From assembly GCA_024704765.1 (NCBI GenBank), contig JAKMXF010000111.1, positions 822,619 to 886,618 on the forward strand: a stretch of DNA of 64,000 bases, in the 5' to 3' direction. A program made the position numbers and the translations under genes. The stretch is from Oopsacas minuta. Lineage: Eukaryota; Animalia; Porifera. The notes beneath the pieces are model-generated. The model was not told the DNA's origin. It made no database searches and worked only from the letters and a program-made list of their open reading frames with translations. Within the stretch, counting starts at the first letter, position 1, and every line of letters begins with the position of its first letter. Positions 1-10,177 of the stretch are shown in pieces.

Positions 1-1110
1 ACAAGACAAAAATATATCAAAATACCTTCTTATTAGATTTTATCAAGAAATCTGATTGTACTGTACTCTGAAACTCATTGCTAGCATCACCGAAAGTTAT
101 ATCACTAGAATTCTACAAAGGAAATACATTCGCAAATAATAGGGAAATTAACACAGGTTCAGAGTTCATTTGTGATAATTGCTCCCTTATCTCACTTTAC
201 AACGGAGTACATAATAATAACGGATAAGGCCAGAAGGGTTACAATTATGGATTCCATTTGATTGTCCCCACGTGTAAATATACAATATTTTCTAGTAAAT
301 TTAATACATACGTATTGAGATTATTCATTCTACATACATACATACCTGCAGGTTAGCATTCCATTGAGAAGAGGTAGAAACTACAGATGGTTCATGCTTC
401 TAGATCGAAAGTAAAAATTAATAACCACATAGATAGACATAAGGCAATGTCGAAGTATGATTGAACCTCAAATATTCGTTAATAATTAATCTTACAGGTG
501 GACACATCAGCAAATTATGAGAATTTTAGACAAGCACTCGATCACAATGACTGAGTAGAAATGGGAGATAGCCCGCATATAGAAAGCTCGTATAAGTGAA
601 TATTAGGGTATCGACCATATGACAAACTATTAATAAATATTATTTTGTACTAAATTATTAATTAAAGATTTGCTAAAAATACATTACTTGCTTTGTAATA
701 TAATTTATTGGTAGAATTCCATTCATTTTCTTCTCTCCCCCTGTCTTCTGGACGTAACACAGCAGAGCGACAAAGCAAATCTCGTAAAGCTGCATTGTCT
801 TTCTGTCTGCAACTCCCGTAATAGGCCTCGTACACAGGATTACGAGCTCCACTTAACATACTATATCGGATAGCTAAACCATCAAAATAGCCATTTGATG
901 AGATTTAATACGAATTAGGAAATGCATTAGGTAATGTATTTTGAATGGATATTTTAATAAAAAGAAATATACAGTGATAATGAAATAGAATGAGCGTATC
1001 TGTAATCTACCAGCTGAACTCCCAGAAAATGTCCAATAGCAGTCTGCAATATAGTGCAGAGTGTAAGCAGCTCTTTTCGTGTAATAAACTATTACAGATT
1101 TGCAATATTG

Positions 1111-4100
1111 TTAAACATCAGTAACAGGAGGAATAACTGCTAGTCCAGAGGCTGCTCTGCATGTGTGCATACCGGATACAAACTCCCAAGTATCAGTCCT
1201 AGGGTCGTATATTTCTGCTGTATTGAGGTAAGAAGGGCCGTTAATACCGCCTACAGCGATTAACCGAGACCCTAGCTCTGTGAGACACACGCCATCTCGG
1301 GGTGTTGACATTGGACTGATGGTCGTCCATTTTCCAGCAACAATATCAAAGCATTCCACTGAGCCAAGTCTACAGATACCGTCATTACCTCCAGAAATAT
1401 ATACACGACCTCCTAGCACTGCAACTCCTATTACACAATTGCAAATAAATACAGTAAAAGTGAAATTTAAGCAAATATCCAAACAATGTAGAAATGCAAG
1501 ATTTTATGTATAAAAAATCATAAAAAAAGGGTATTTTTAAGTATACGAGGTATTTAGTTGTATAATCAGTTCTTAACAGTGATAATAATACAAAGCTTAA
1601 ATGTATATAATACACATGGAAAAATTATATCACAACAAAATGAGAGAATTGCCTATTCTATTCTTAGCCCTGACTTGCTATATTGGTGTTCTACAAATGG
1701 GATTTGAGGGCGGTTATGTCTCTCCTACAGCAAACTCTCTCATTAAATACACTCCCTTAACAATCAATATTCTACCCATTTTCGCTGGATTCATATTCCT
1801 AGGTACCTTGGTAATGCTACCTCTACTGAGTTTCACTTCTCAAACAATTAACAGTAAGGCTCTGCTGATAGCGTCAATAGTACCAGGTTGTGTAGGTTGG
1901 TTCACAGTTGTCTTAAGCAATGACGTGTATACAATGTTGCTAGGAAGATTTCTGTTGGGCATACAGTCTTCTATTCTATTCCTTACTAGTATTTACCTTG
2001 GAGAGAGCTCTCCTTCTAACAGACGTAGATTCTATTGCAGTGGAATAGGTCTGTCTACGAGATTCGGTGCAGTTCTGATATATGTACTTGGCATATGGAT
2101 GTCATTTCGTTGGCTGGCAGTGACAGCTATCATCCTGGAATTAATCTTTGTCTGTATGCTGTTATTGAACCCTGTCTCAGCTAACTGGTTAGTGCAACAA
2201 GGATTGGAGGAGAGAGCCAAGAAATCTCTACGATATTTCAACGGAAATGGTTTCGATTCTGACAGTGAAATTTTCAACATGAAACAAAACAACATTACGA
2301 AACTATCTGTTAGAGAGAAAATAGGTCAACTATCTAAATGGAGAGTAGTTAAACCTATTCTCATCATTACTACACTCAATAATTTCAAACCCCTGAGTGG
2401 TTACCCATTTATCATTACATTCTCATCTCAAATTCTCTCCAAGCAACGAGGACTCCCTCCTAACATTGCAGCTCTCGTCCTTCCAATTATGATTCTGATC
2501 GGGAATATTTTAGGTCAACAAATTGTTTCTCATTTCAATCTTAAGAAAATACTCATATCTACAACTGTACTACTCTTATTATCTCATTTATCAATGACAA
2601 TATACTTTGCAATAGCTGACTATATGATGAATTGTTCTATCCATGATGATGTTGATGGCAGTTCTTTCTGTTATACTTCTAGTTTCTGGCCTATCCTCAG
2701 CACGGCCCTTTATGGTATTAGTTATGGTATGGGACTAGATTCTGTTAGTTATGCACTTGTTGGTGAGGCATTTGACGCTAACAACAGAGAACTCTCAATC
2801 TGTATTTTGCATACAGTAGGAACACTTATATCAATAATAGTGATTGTATTATTCCAATATATCTTCACGTATGTAGGAGGAACGCTTACATTTGGTATAT
2901 TCGCTCTATTCGTCATTTCTGCTCTGCCCTTTGAATACTATCTAATTAATTATTAATTCATTATATAAGCTGCTCGTATAAATGCTCTATTATGTGTATG
3001 TTGATATTCTATTGTTAGCTACCGTAAACTGGGGCTACTTTGGCCCACGGGGTTTGCTTTAGCCCAAATATTGAATTTCTTACTTATTGAATAGATATTT
3101 ATTTGCTTTCGAAATTGTCTACCGATATTTGAAAATTCGTTAAAAATTTGTCAAGTCATTTTCAAGTATAATGCTGAATCCAATCTAGTTTCTTTGGAGC
3201 TTGATATTTTGGGCTAATGCAAACCCGGTGGGCCAAAATAGCCCCAGTTTATGGTATCTATTTTCTACCTCGGTAAATGGGGAATTCTATGAAAATTCTT
3301 CTTGAATAATCGTTTTTGTGCTAAATTTGGAAAAAACACGTATTTACGCTATGATGAATTAAAATTTTTGGGTTTCTGAGAAGAAAATTTCTTAAAAATT
3401 GGTATAATCACCCAACAGCCTTAGAGAACATTATTTTAATCAAATATGATTGAAATAACTGTCGTTGTGGAAGTGACTATACTTATTCACTCAAAAAGCT
3501 CTGGTTAAAGGACATTTACATTTGAAATTATAAATAGGGATTGGGGGGCTCTCAGGAGATTCGCCGGCCGACCTAACCCACTTATAGAGGTTCTACTGTA
3601 TAGTAAGCTTTCCTTGTGTCAACAAATTTCACATACAACATACACATAATAGAGCATTTATACGAGCAGCTTATATAATGAATTAATAATTAATTAGATA
3701 GTATTCAAAGGGCAGAGCAGAAATGACGAATAGAGCGAATATACCAAATGTAAGCGTTCCTCCTACATACGTGAAGATATATTGGAATAATACAATCACT
3801 ATTATTGATATAAGTGTTCCTACTGTATGCAAAATACAGATTGAGAGTTCTCTGTTGTTAGCGTCAAATGCCTCACCAACAAGTGCATAACTAACAGAAT
3901 CTAGTCCCATACCATAACTAATACCATAAAGGGCCGTGCTGAGGATAGGCCAGAAACTAGAAGTATAACAGAAAGAACTGCCATCAACATCATCATGGAT
4001 AGAACAATTCATCATATAGTCAGCTATTGCAAAGTATATTGTCATTGATAAATGAGATAATAAGAGTAGTACAGTTGTAGATATGAGTATTTTCTTAAGA

Positions 4101-6953
4101 TTGAAATGAGAAACAATTTGTTGACCTAAAATATTCCCGATCAGAATCATAATTGGAAGGACGAGAGCTGCAATGTTAGGAGGGAGTCCTCGTTGCTTGG
4201 AGAGAATTTGAGATGAGAATGTAATGATAAATGGGTAACCACTCAGGGGTTTGAAATTATTGAGTGTAGTAATGATGAGAATAGGTTTAACTACTCTCCA
4301 TTTAGATAGTTGACCTATTTTCTCTCTAACAGATAGTTTCGTAATGTTGTTTTGTTTCATGTTGAAAATTTCACTGTCAGAATCGAAACCATTTCCGTTG
4401 AAATATCGTAGAGATTTCTTGGCTCTCTCCTCCAATCCTTGTTGCACTAACCAGTTAGCTGAGACAGGGTTCAATAACAGCATACAGACAAAGATTAATT
4501 CCAGGATGATAGCTGTCACTGCCAGCCAACGAAATGACATCCATATGCCAAGTACATATATCAGAACTGCACCGAATCTCGTAGACAGACCTATTCCACT
4601 GCAATAGAATCTACGTCTGTTAGAAGGAGAGCTCTCTCCAAGGTAAATACTAGTAAGGAATAGAATAGAAGACTGTATGCCCAACAGAAATCTTCCTAGC
4701 AACATTGTATACACGTCATTGCTTAAGACAACTGTGAACCAACCTACACAACCTGGTACTATTGACGCTATCAGCAGAGCCTTACTGTTAATTGTTTGAG
4801 AAGTGAAACTCAGTAGAGGTAGCATTACCAAGGTACCTAGGAATATGAATCCAGCGAAAATGGGTAGAATATTGATTGTTAAGGGAGTGTATTTAATGAG
4901 AGAGTTTGCTGTAGGAGAGACATAACCGCCCTCAAATCCCATTTGTAGAACACCAATATAGCAAGTCAGGGCTAAGAATAGAATAGGCAATTCTCTCATT
5001 TTTTTGTTTTGAGAATTTTTGTCAAATAAGTACATTTGTATTAAATACTTTCCTAGTATTCATGATCCTGGTTTCATATTCATCAAAAAATACACTACTA
5101 CTATCTTACTATACACGAGGTAGAGCAAGATAACAATTTAAATATTATTCTCTTTATTAATCCGTTAGATAATGAGATAAATAATACATGAACATACCTA
5201 CCTATTCCTGCTCTTGGTTTTGTCATAGGAGCTATAGTATGCCATCTATTTAGATGGGGATCATATGCTTCTACAATATCTAGAAACGCACTCCCATCAT
5301 TTCCTCCAAACACATACAGTCTCTTGCTGTGTACAGCAGCTCCAGGAAAGGAGCGGCGAGAGGACATAGATGCTACCTGGCTCCACAAGTTCATGTCGGG
5401 ATCAAAGCGTTCTACTGTCTGTAGACAGGCCCTGTAATAAATAATATAGAGATAGAGCTTTTAGAATAATATAACGTTGTGTGGATATTGATTGGAAGTG
5501 TATATAGTGGTGTTTGCCTATTAGCAATATTCGCCAAATAGCAAGTTTTTCAGGGACTTAGCCATTTTGTATTGAAATAGGTGATTCCTCTAATAAGTTC
5601 GAATACTAGCAAGGGAAATTCGTTGAAAATAGTTCTCGCTAATAGGCTAACTCCACTGTATATGTACTGACCTGCCATCATAACCTCCTACTGCATACAT
5701 AGCTCCCCCTAGTACCCCTACAGCTACTCCAGATCTGCATGTCTGCATGGGAGAGACGAAAGCCCAGCTGCCTGTATTCGGATCATAACATTCCACAGAG
5801 CTGAGTCTGAGTGATCCATCGGACCCTCCAACAGCTAGAACCTTCCTACCTACCATACCTACGCCTAACTGCTGTCTGCGGACTATCATGTCAGTACTTC
5901 TGCTCCAGCAGTCTTCCAAACAGTTGTAGCTCTCCACTGACCTGGATAGTTTGTAGAAATAAATAATTCTATAACCATGGCAACGACTAGCTTACCTTGT
6001 TATGTGCTCACTGGATTCCTTACCTCCCACTGCCATAAGAGTACCAATAGTAGCATGTCTAGGCACCATCCGAGGAGAGCGACTAGTCGGTTCATGAAAT
6101 AAATCTGGTACGAGTTGAAATCTCTTAGCCTCATCTACTAGGTCTCTACACTCTATACTTTCCCTTACCAATTCCTCCTGGTCAACTCGTGTCATTAGAA
6201 ACTTAGTTTCTAGCAGTGGGAGACGAACAGCTGATAGAAGAGTAGGCAGATTATGCTTCCTCAGATCTGGACTTGAATGTACCCATCGAATTAGCGAGTC
6301 AAACACCACTTCCTCTTTGGGAACATTAAGTTTATCTGAGAAGAGGAGAGAGTTGAGATGTTCAAATGGATGTTTAAGAAATTCCTCATTCTGACAAACC
6401 TCTTGGAAATTTTTCTCAGTAAATCTGTCAATAACCTAATTGATCATATAATATTAAACAATAACGTACAATGTATAAGAATCTATCAAATAGCAATCCT
6501 TACTTCTGTAAGAGAAGAACATCCATACTGTTCAGCAAAACCTCGTATTTCTAAGCAGTTGTGTGGGTCAAGTTGTTCCCGAAGATAATCACAACAAAGA
6601 TTCTGTACAGCATCCATTTGCAGTCGACTAGATGCAGAGAGAAGTTCTAACACGTTATCAGCTGTTAAATCAATGTCACCGGTGTAAGCAAAGTCAATGA
6701 GTCTCCCCAATACACTGGATTCCATCTCCTGTATGAGAATCTTCTCCTCTCTGCTTTCCAACATACCGGTAGAGAACATAGCCTCAAAGTACGAGGAACA
6801 AGCTGCTAGAATAGCTCGGTGTGCACAGATCTCTGTATCTCCAGCTATTAATATGACGTCACATAGCTTCCGGTTGTGTCGAAGAGCGTTTACACGGGCT
6901 AATACAATCTGACTGTGTATCACTAGCGAGTCACTCATACCTGGGCTCTCCAT
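1111..6953 (-). CDS. Kelch-like BTB-BACK-Kelch protein (KLHL8/KLHL20-like), spliced; last intron 1428-5201
   Basis: BTB (CDVILIAGDTEICAHRAILAACSSYF) at 6953-6500, BACK exon, kelch repeats (GG..DG...SVECYDP...W) in ORFs 5647-5937, 5101-5394 and 1111-1482. Donor GTAGGT at 5201 and acceptor AG at 1429-1428 join in frame as ...MTKPRAGI-G-VAVLGGRVY... Confidence 0.9.
1640..2956 (+). CDS. MFS sugar-porter transporter (Tret1/SLC2A8-like), copy A, intronless, 438 aa from MRELP
   Basis: About 12 hydrophobic segments; MLLGRFLLG and YLGESSP..RR sugar-porter motifs. ATG at 1640 is shared with the inverted copy. Confidence 0.85.
   Translation: MRELPILFLALTCYIGVLQMGFEGGYVSPTANSLIKYTPLTINILPIFAGFIFLGTLVMLPLLSFTSQTINSKALLIASIVPGCVGWFTVVLSNDVYTMLLGRFLLGIQSSILFLTSIYLGESSPSNRRRFYCSGIGLSTRFGAVLIYVLGIWMSFRWLAVTAIILELIFVCMLLLNPVSANWLVQQGLEERAKKSLRYFNGNGFDSDSEIFNMKQNNITKLSVREKIGQLSKWRVVKPILIITTLNNFKPLSGYPFIITFSSQILSKQRGLPPNIAALVLPIMILIGNILGQQIVSHFNLKKILISTTVLLLLSHLSMTIYFAIADYMMNCSIHDDVDGSSFCYTSSFWPILSTALYGISYGMGLDSVSYALVGEAFDANNRELSICILHTVGTLISIIVIVLFQYIFTYVGGTLTFGIFALFVISALPFEYYLINY
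3022..3254. mobile_element. MITE (Tc1/mariner-pogo-like, TA-flanked)
   Basis: Imperfect ~50-bp terminal inverted repeats CCGTAAACTGGGGCTACTTTGGCCCAC / GTGGGCCAAAATAGCCCCAGTTTATGG, with TA at 3020-3021 and 3255-3256. Confidence 0.75.
3585..3600 (-). mobile_element. Solo pogo/Tigger-like transposon end
   Basis: Reverse complement reads TA-CAGTAGAACCTC, a Tigger-type terminus. No partner end found in the window. Confidence 0.4.
3683..4999 (-). CDS. MFS sugar-porter transporter, copy B (protein identical to copy A)
   Basis: ORF-track translation is identical to copy A from MRELP to the stop. Confidence 0.85.
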   Translation of the reverse strand: MRELPILFLALTCYIGVLQMGFEGGYVSPTANSLIKYTPLTINILPIFAGFIFLGTLVMLPLLSFTSQTINSKALLIASIVPGCVGWFTVVLSNDVYTMLLGRFLLGIQSSILFLTSIYLGESSPSNRRRFYCSGIGLSTRFGAVLIYVLGIWMSFRWLAVTAIILELIFVCMLLLNPVSANWLVQQGLEERAKKSLRYFNGNGFDSDSEIFNMKQNNITKLSVREKIGQLSKWRVVKPILIITTLNNFKPLSGYPFIITFSSQILSKQRGLPPNIAALVLPIMILIGNILGQQIVSHFNLKKILISTTVLLLLSHLSMTIYFAIADYMMNCSIHDDVDGSSFCYTSSFWPILSTALYGISYGMGLDSVSYALVGEAFDANNRELSICILHTVGTLISIIVIVLFQYIFTYVGGTLTFGIFALFVISALPFEYYLINY

Positions 6954-7239
6954 AACAACTGTAAAACTAGTATCAGAACATTAATATAAATTATATAATC
7001 ACAGTAGAACACGGATACGAAAACTATAAATTAGTACGTACTAACCAAAGGAAGTCTTATCTAAATATTCTTCCTATACTATACACGAATAGAAAAACAG
7101 ATTTGGAGAAAAGTACGTACTAACTCAGTTCTATTGGATATCGCACAGTCACTCCCAGTAAACTAATAATTAAATTCTGAGAGATGAACCAATAATGAAT
7201 TATATATAGCAAAACATATCATCAACGTATCAACAGTAA

Positions 7240-7310
7240 TGCAATAATAATAAAGTTCAGTCAACAGGTACGCTAGTTTACCCTGGTGACGTCATAATGG
7301 AACATCACAC
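7240..7310 (-). promoter_or_regulatory. SECIS element 2 in MsrA 3'UTR
   Basis: AUGAC (7295) / UGAA (7259) quartet, helix II GUCAcCAGG:CCUGuUGAC, AAA at 7279-7277. Helix I is weaker. Confidence 0.75.
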
Positions 7311-7360
7311 TACTCTCATACGCTAAATATAATTAAAAACAGAAAGCTCAAGGCTACCTA

Positions 7361-7421
7361 CTAAAATCTGTTGAGATCAGTCAGAGAGAGAAATTTTATC
7401 TCAATGACGTCATATCGATTT
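7361..7421 (-). promoter_or_regulatory. SECIS element 1 in MsrA 3'UTR
   Basis: AUGAC (7413) / UGAU (7379) quartet, helix II GUCAuuGAGA:UCUCucUGAC, apical AAAA (7397-7394), helix I AAAUC:GAUUU. Confidence 0.85.
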
Positions 7422-7476
7422 ATTATAGGTTGCCATAAGAGTATTTATTAATATAACAATTTGAATAGCCAGTTAA

Positions 7477-9074
7477 TTAGTTCAAGGCTCCTTTAGATAC
7501 TTTCTTCTTTATCATGTCTACTATCTCTGGAGGTAAATTAGATCCTTCCAAGTCTTTATCAACGTTTTCCAAATCTCCATGTCCTCCAATATATCCATTT
7601 AATTTGGCTGCCACAGTACTCTCTATCAGCTGCTGGTTACTTAGACCGAGAGCCTTTAAAATCTTGCTTTGTTGACGTAGGAGATATTTCTGATGATAGC
7701 TACAGGAACGATCAGTAATGACCAAGTTTAATAACTAAATTAACAACCACTTAATCTTTCAAATATGGTAATACAGACGGATATATCGTAAAAACTTTAG
7801 GAATCAAGACAGTGATAATTAGTACCCAATTAATAATACATTCACATGTGAAAACTAGCTCTGTTAATGAATTGTTTCACCTCTAAAAGGTTTCAAAATA
7901 AGTAACACAATGATGAGATTGAGAACTTCATAATCGCTATTGACTTGTTATACCACTGCAGATGATATTACAATAAGAGATTGGTTTAATCGGTTTAATT
8001 AGCATTTTCAATATGAGATCCATGGACTCGTAATGTATTAGGGGTTCATGGTTAATTTTCGTGCGGGAATTTCGTGGTGGAGCTGGAACAAGTAAACAAT
8101 TCATGTTATATGATACTTACTCTTCAGCATTATAGAATACTTCGAATTGCTTGATCTTTGTCTGGATAGTTTGGCTAGTAACCTTTTGATGTTCATTTTT
8201 AGTTTCCTCAGCAGCTACTTGTTGATCCTCATTATGATAGAATATGGCAGACATGTACTGTCGAGACATACAGGCAGTAGAGTTGTGACTTACCCAGAAT
8301 ATTTTCAGTAAGTCTCTGTAGGTAACGAATTTGGGATTGTAGTCGATCTCTACTGTCTCAGTGTGATCACCCCTTACGGAGTAGATAAGTTATAATAAAT
8401 ATCATATATTGAGTTTATTAATTAACTTACAGACTGTAATAGGTTGGTCCTATCTTGGCCCCTCCTGTGTACCCAACACGGGTACGTAGGACCCCGGGGA
8501 CACAGCCGAACTGTGCCTCCGGAAACCAAAATCAGCTGAGAGCAAAGGTAGCTGTCTCAGCCTCCACACCCGAAGCGTCTACTCCTGTTGAGAGGTCAGC
8601 TTTAGTGGCTCCACCCACCGGCTTGGATTCGACTGTCACTCCTATAAGAGTAACATGGATAATAAAAAGTAATTAAGCAAATAACATAGAATCTGTACGT
8701 AGATATAATCCACAGGCCGAAACTATTCTACATTCTATTAATTATATATGTATAAGCCAGCTGATAGCTATATTAGTCAATTGTACAAGGATCGGAGAAT
8801 AACCAATAATTTGAGAGTACTCGTTAACAGGAGCAAAATGTTATCACAATTATCCTCGAAAATATAAACTTCACTAAACTGTCTACAAAGTAAAAGTACT
8901 ACATATGGAATGACAAATAAGCAGTAGTGGGGATCGGTACTAGCCGGATGGACGGTGAAATCTGGTCACAGTCCAAGGATCGCTGGTAACAATCAATATG
9001 ATAAACAAATTATACTAATATAACAGTAGGAATAATTACAAACCTTTATGTTTCTGGAAAACCCTTTTCAACAT
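7477..9074 (-). CDS. MSRA: Peptide methionine-S-sulfoxide reductase A, selenocysteine form
   Basis: Exon 8641-8431 reads ATFALS-TGA-FWFPEAQFGCVPGVLRTRVGYTGG (TGA at 8534-8532 replaces the catalytic Cys of GCFWG). Next exon GDHTETVEIDY...RQYMSAIFYH...FYNAE; last exon DYHQKYLLRQ to stop 7477. Short first exon 9074-9044 (MLKRVFQKHK) is inferred from phase. Confidence 0.92.
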
Positions 9075-9343
9075 AATATAATCTTGCGGAAATTTACAAA
9101 CAGCGCTAAAATAAACTAAAAATTCACATCAATTTATACAAATAACTTCACCGATGTGTACATTTGTACATAGACAAATTAATTGTCTGTCTGTCAGTGA
9201 TTAGACCATACAATACAGTGTTTGTTATTCATAAACTATCTTACATATCAATTACGTGTAGTCTATGATTCAGCAAATATGAATGATGAATTATAAAAAC
9301 AATTCAATGTTTGATACTATCCAAATGATCTAAATGACTAGAA

Positions 9344-9865
9344 ATGAACGCAATAAAGCTCAGAGATTCAGACATCGTTTCAGCATTCCTATACTTTGAT
9401 AAAAACCATGACAACCTAATCAACCTTCAAGAATGCAGAGAGGCACTGAAATATATCGGGTACAGTATGTCACTAGTGCATCTAAAGAAGTATATAAGTG
9501 AAAACTACAATAATTTAGACTCTGAGAGGATCAAACTTAGAGATTTCATTGAACTGGCAAGATGTGGTGAACTGCCAAGCGGGGAAGCTAGCAGGAGTGA
9601 GATAACTAAAGCATTTCAAGTCCTGGATAGAGATAAAGATGGACTAGTAACTGTAATGGAATTAAAGAAACTAGTAACTACACATGGAGAGGAGCCTATT
9701 AGTGAAGAAGAGTTTAGAACTATGATAAAGGGAATAGATGAAGATGAAGTAGTAATGTCTATAGAGGATTTCCAGAACCTAATGAAACCTCTGATACACC
9801 AATTAGTCGGTAGAGAGTGTTCCTTAACTACTTGTCAACTAATGCAAAAGTTAGATAAACCCTGA
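9344..9865 (+). CDS. Calmodulin-like EF-hand protein, intronless
   Basis: EF loops DKNHDNLINLQE and DRDKDGLVTVME plus degenerate EF hands; 173 aa. Confidence 0.8.
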   Translation: MNAIKLRDSDIVSAFLYFDKNHDNLINLQECREALKYIGYSMSLVHLKKYISENYNNLDSERIKLRDFIELARCGELPSGEASRSEITKAFQVLDRDKDGLVTVMELKKLVTTHGEEPISEEEFRTMIKGIDEDEVVMSIEDFQNLMKPLIHQLVGRECSLTTCQLMQKLDKP

Positions 9866-9934
9866 AGTAGTGTAAATTAATACAAATATATATACTGAAT
9901 CATATACTCATTTAAATACACAACGAAATTGTAT

Positions 9935-10177
9935 TCATTTCTCTTTCTTATACCAGTAGTTCTCTAACCAATGAGCAAGAATAACTTCTCCAGTTACGAA
10001 ACATGGGATTTGTGTCCTGAGAATATCCCCGTAAATTTTCTGTACATTCACTTCATGCTCCTTCCAAAACCTGGTGTAATTTCTATTATGAGAAATACCA
10101 GATTTATGTCTTATCCGTTGTCTATGAGTGCTCGCATAATACTTAGAGCAGTATTCACAAAAGGCTTTTTTACCCAT
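9935..10177 (-). CDS. Matrin/U1-type zinc-finger protein, ZMAT5 (U11/U12-20K)-like
   Basis: MGKKAFCEYCSKYY...RIRHKSGISH resembles the ZMAT5 N-terminus (MGKRYFCDYC...H...H). The second (CCCH) finger is degenerate. Confidence 0.6.
   Translation of the reverse strand: MGKKAFCEYCSKYYASTHRQRIRHKSGISHNRNYTRFWKEHEVNVQKIYGDILRTQIPCFVTGEVILAHWLENYWYKKEK

Larger units (their letters stand above)
1637..5002. repeat. Long inverted repeat: arms 1637-3003 and 3636-5002 (1367 bp each), 632-bp spacer
   Basis: Arm ends mapped by eye (AAAATGAGAG... to ...TATGTGTATGTTG). Equal arm lengths, identical encoded proteins, no mismatch in the stretches compared. Confidence 0.95.

Noticed and set aside
1-860. Exon-like pieces at about 158-280, 350-410 and 489-545 on + and ORF 662-859 on -
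   Set aside because: Could not build a stop-free model (an in-frame TAA interrupts the best frame) and recognised no family; strand is ambiguous.
2032-4607. Identical 87-aa ORFs at 2032-2295 and 4344-4607
   Set aside because: Antisense shadows of the MFS CDS, duplicated only because the arm is duplicated.
8455-8676. 73-aa ORF on +
   Set aside because: Antisense shadow of the Sec-containing MsrA exon.
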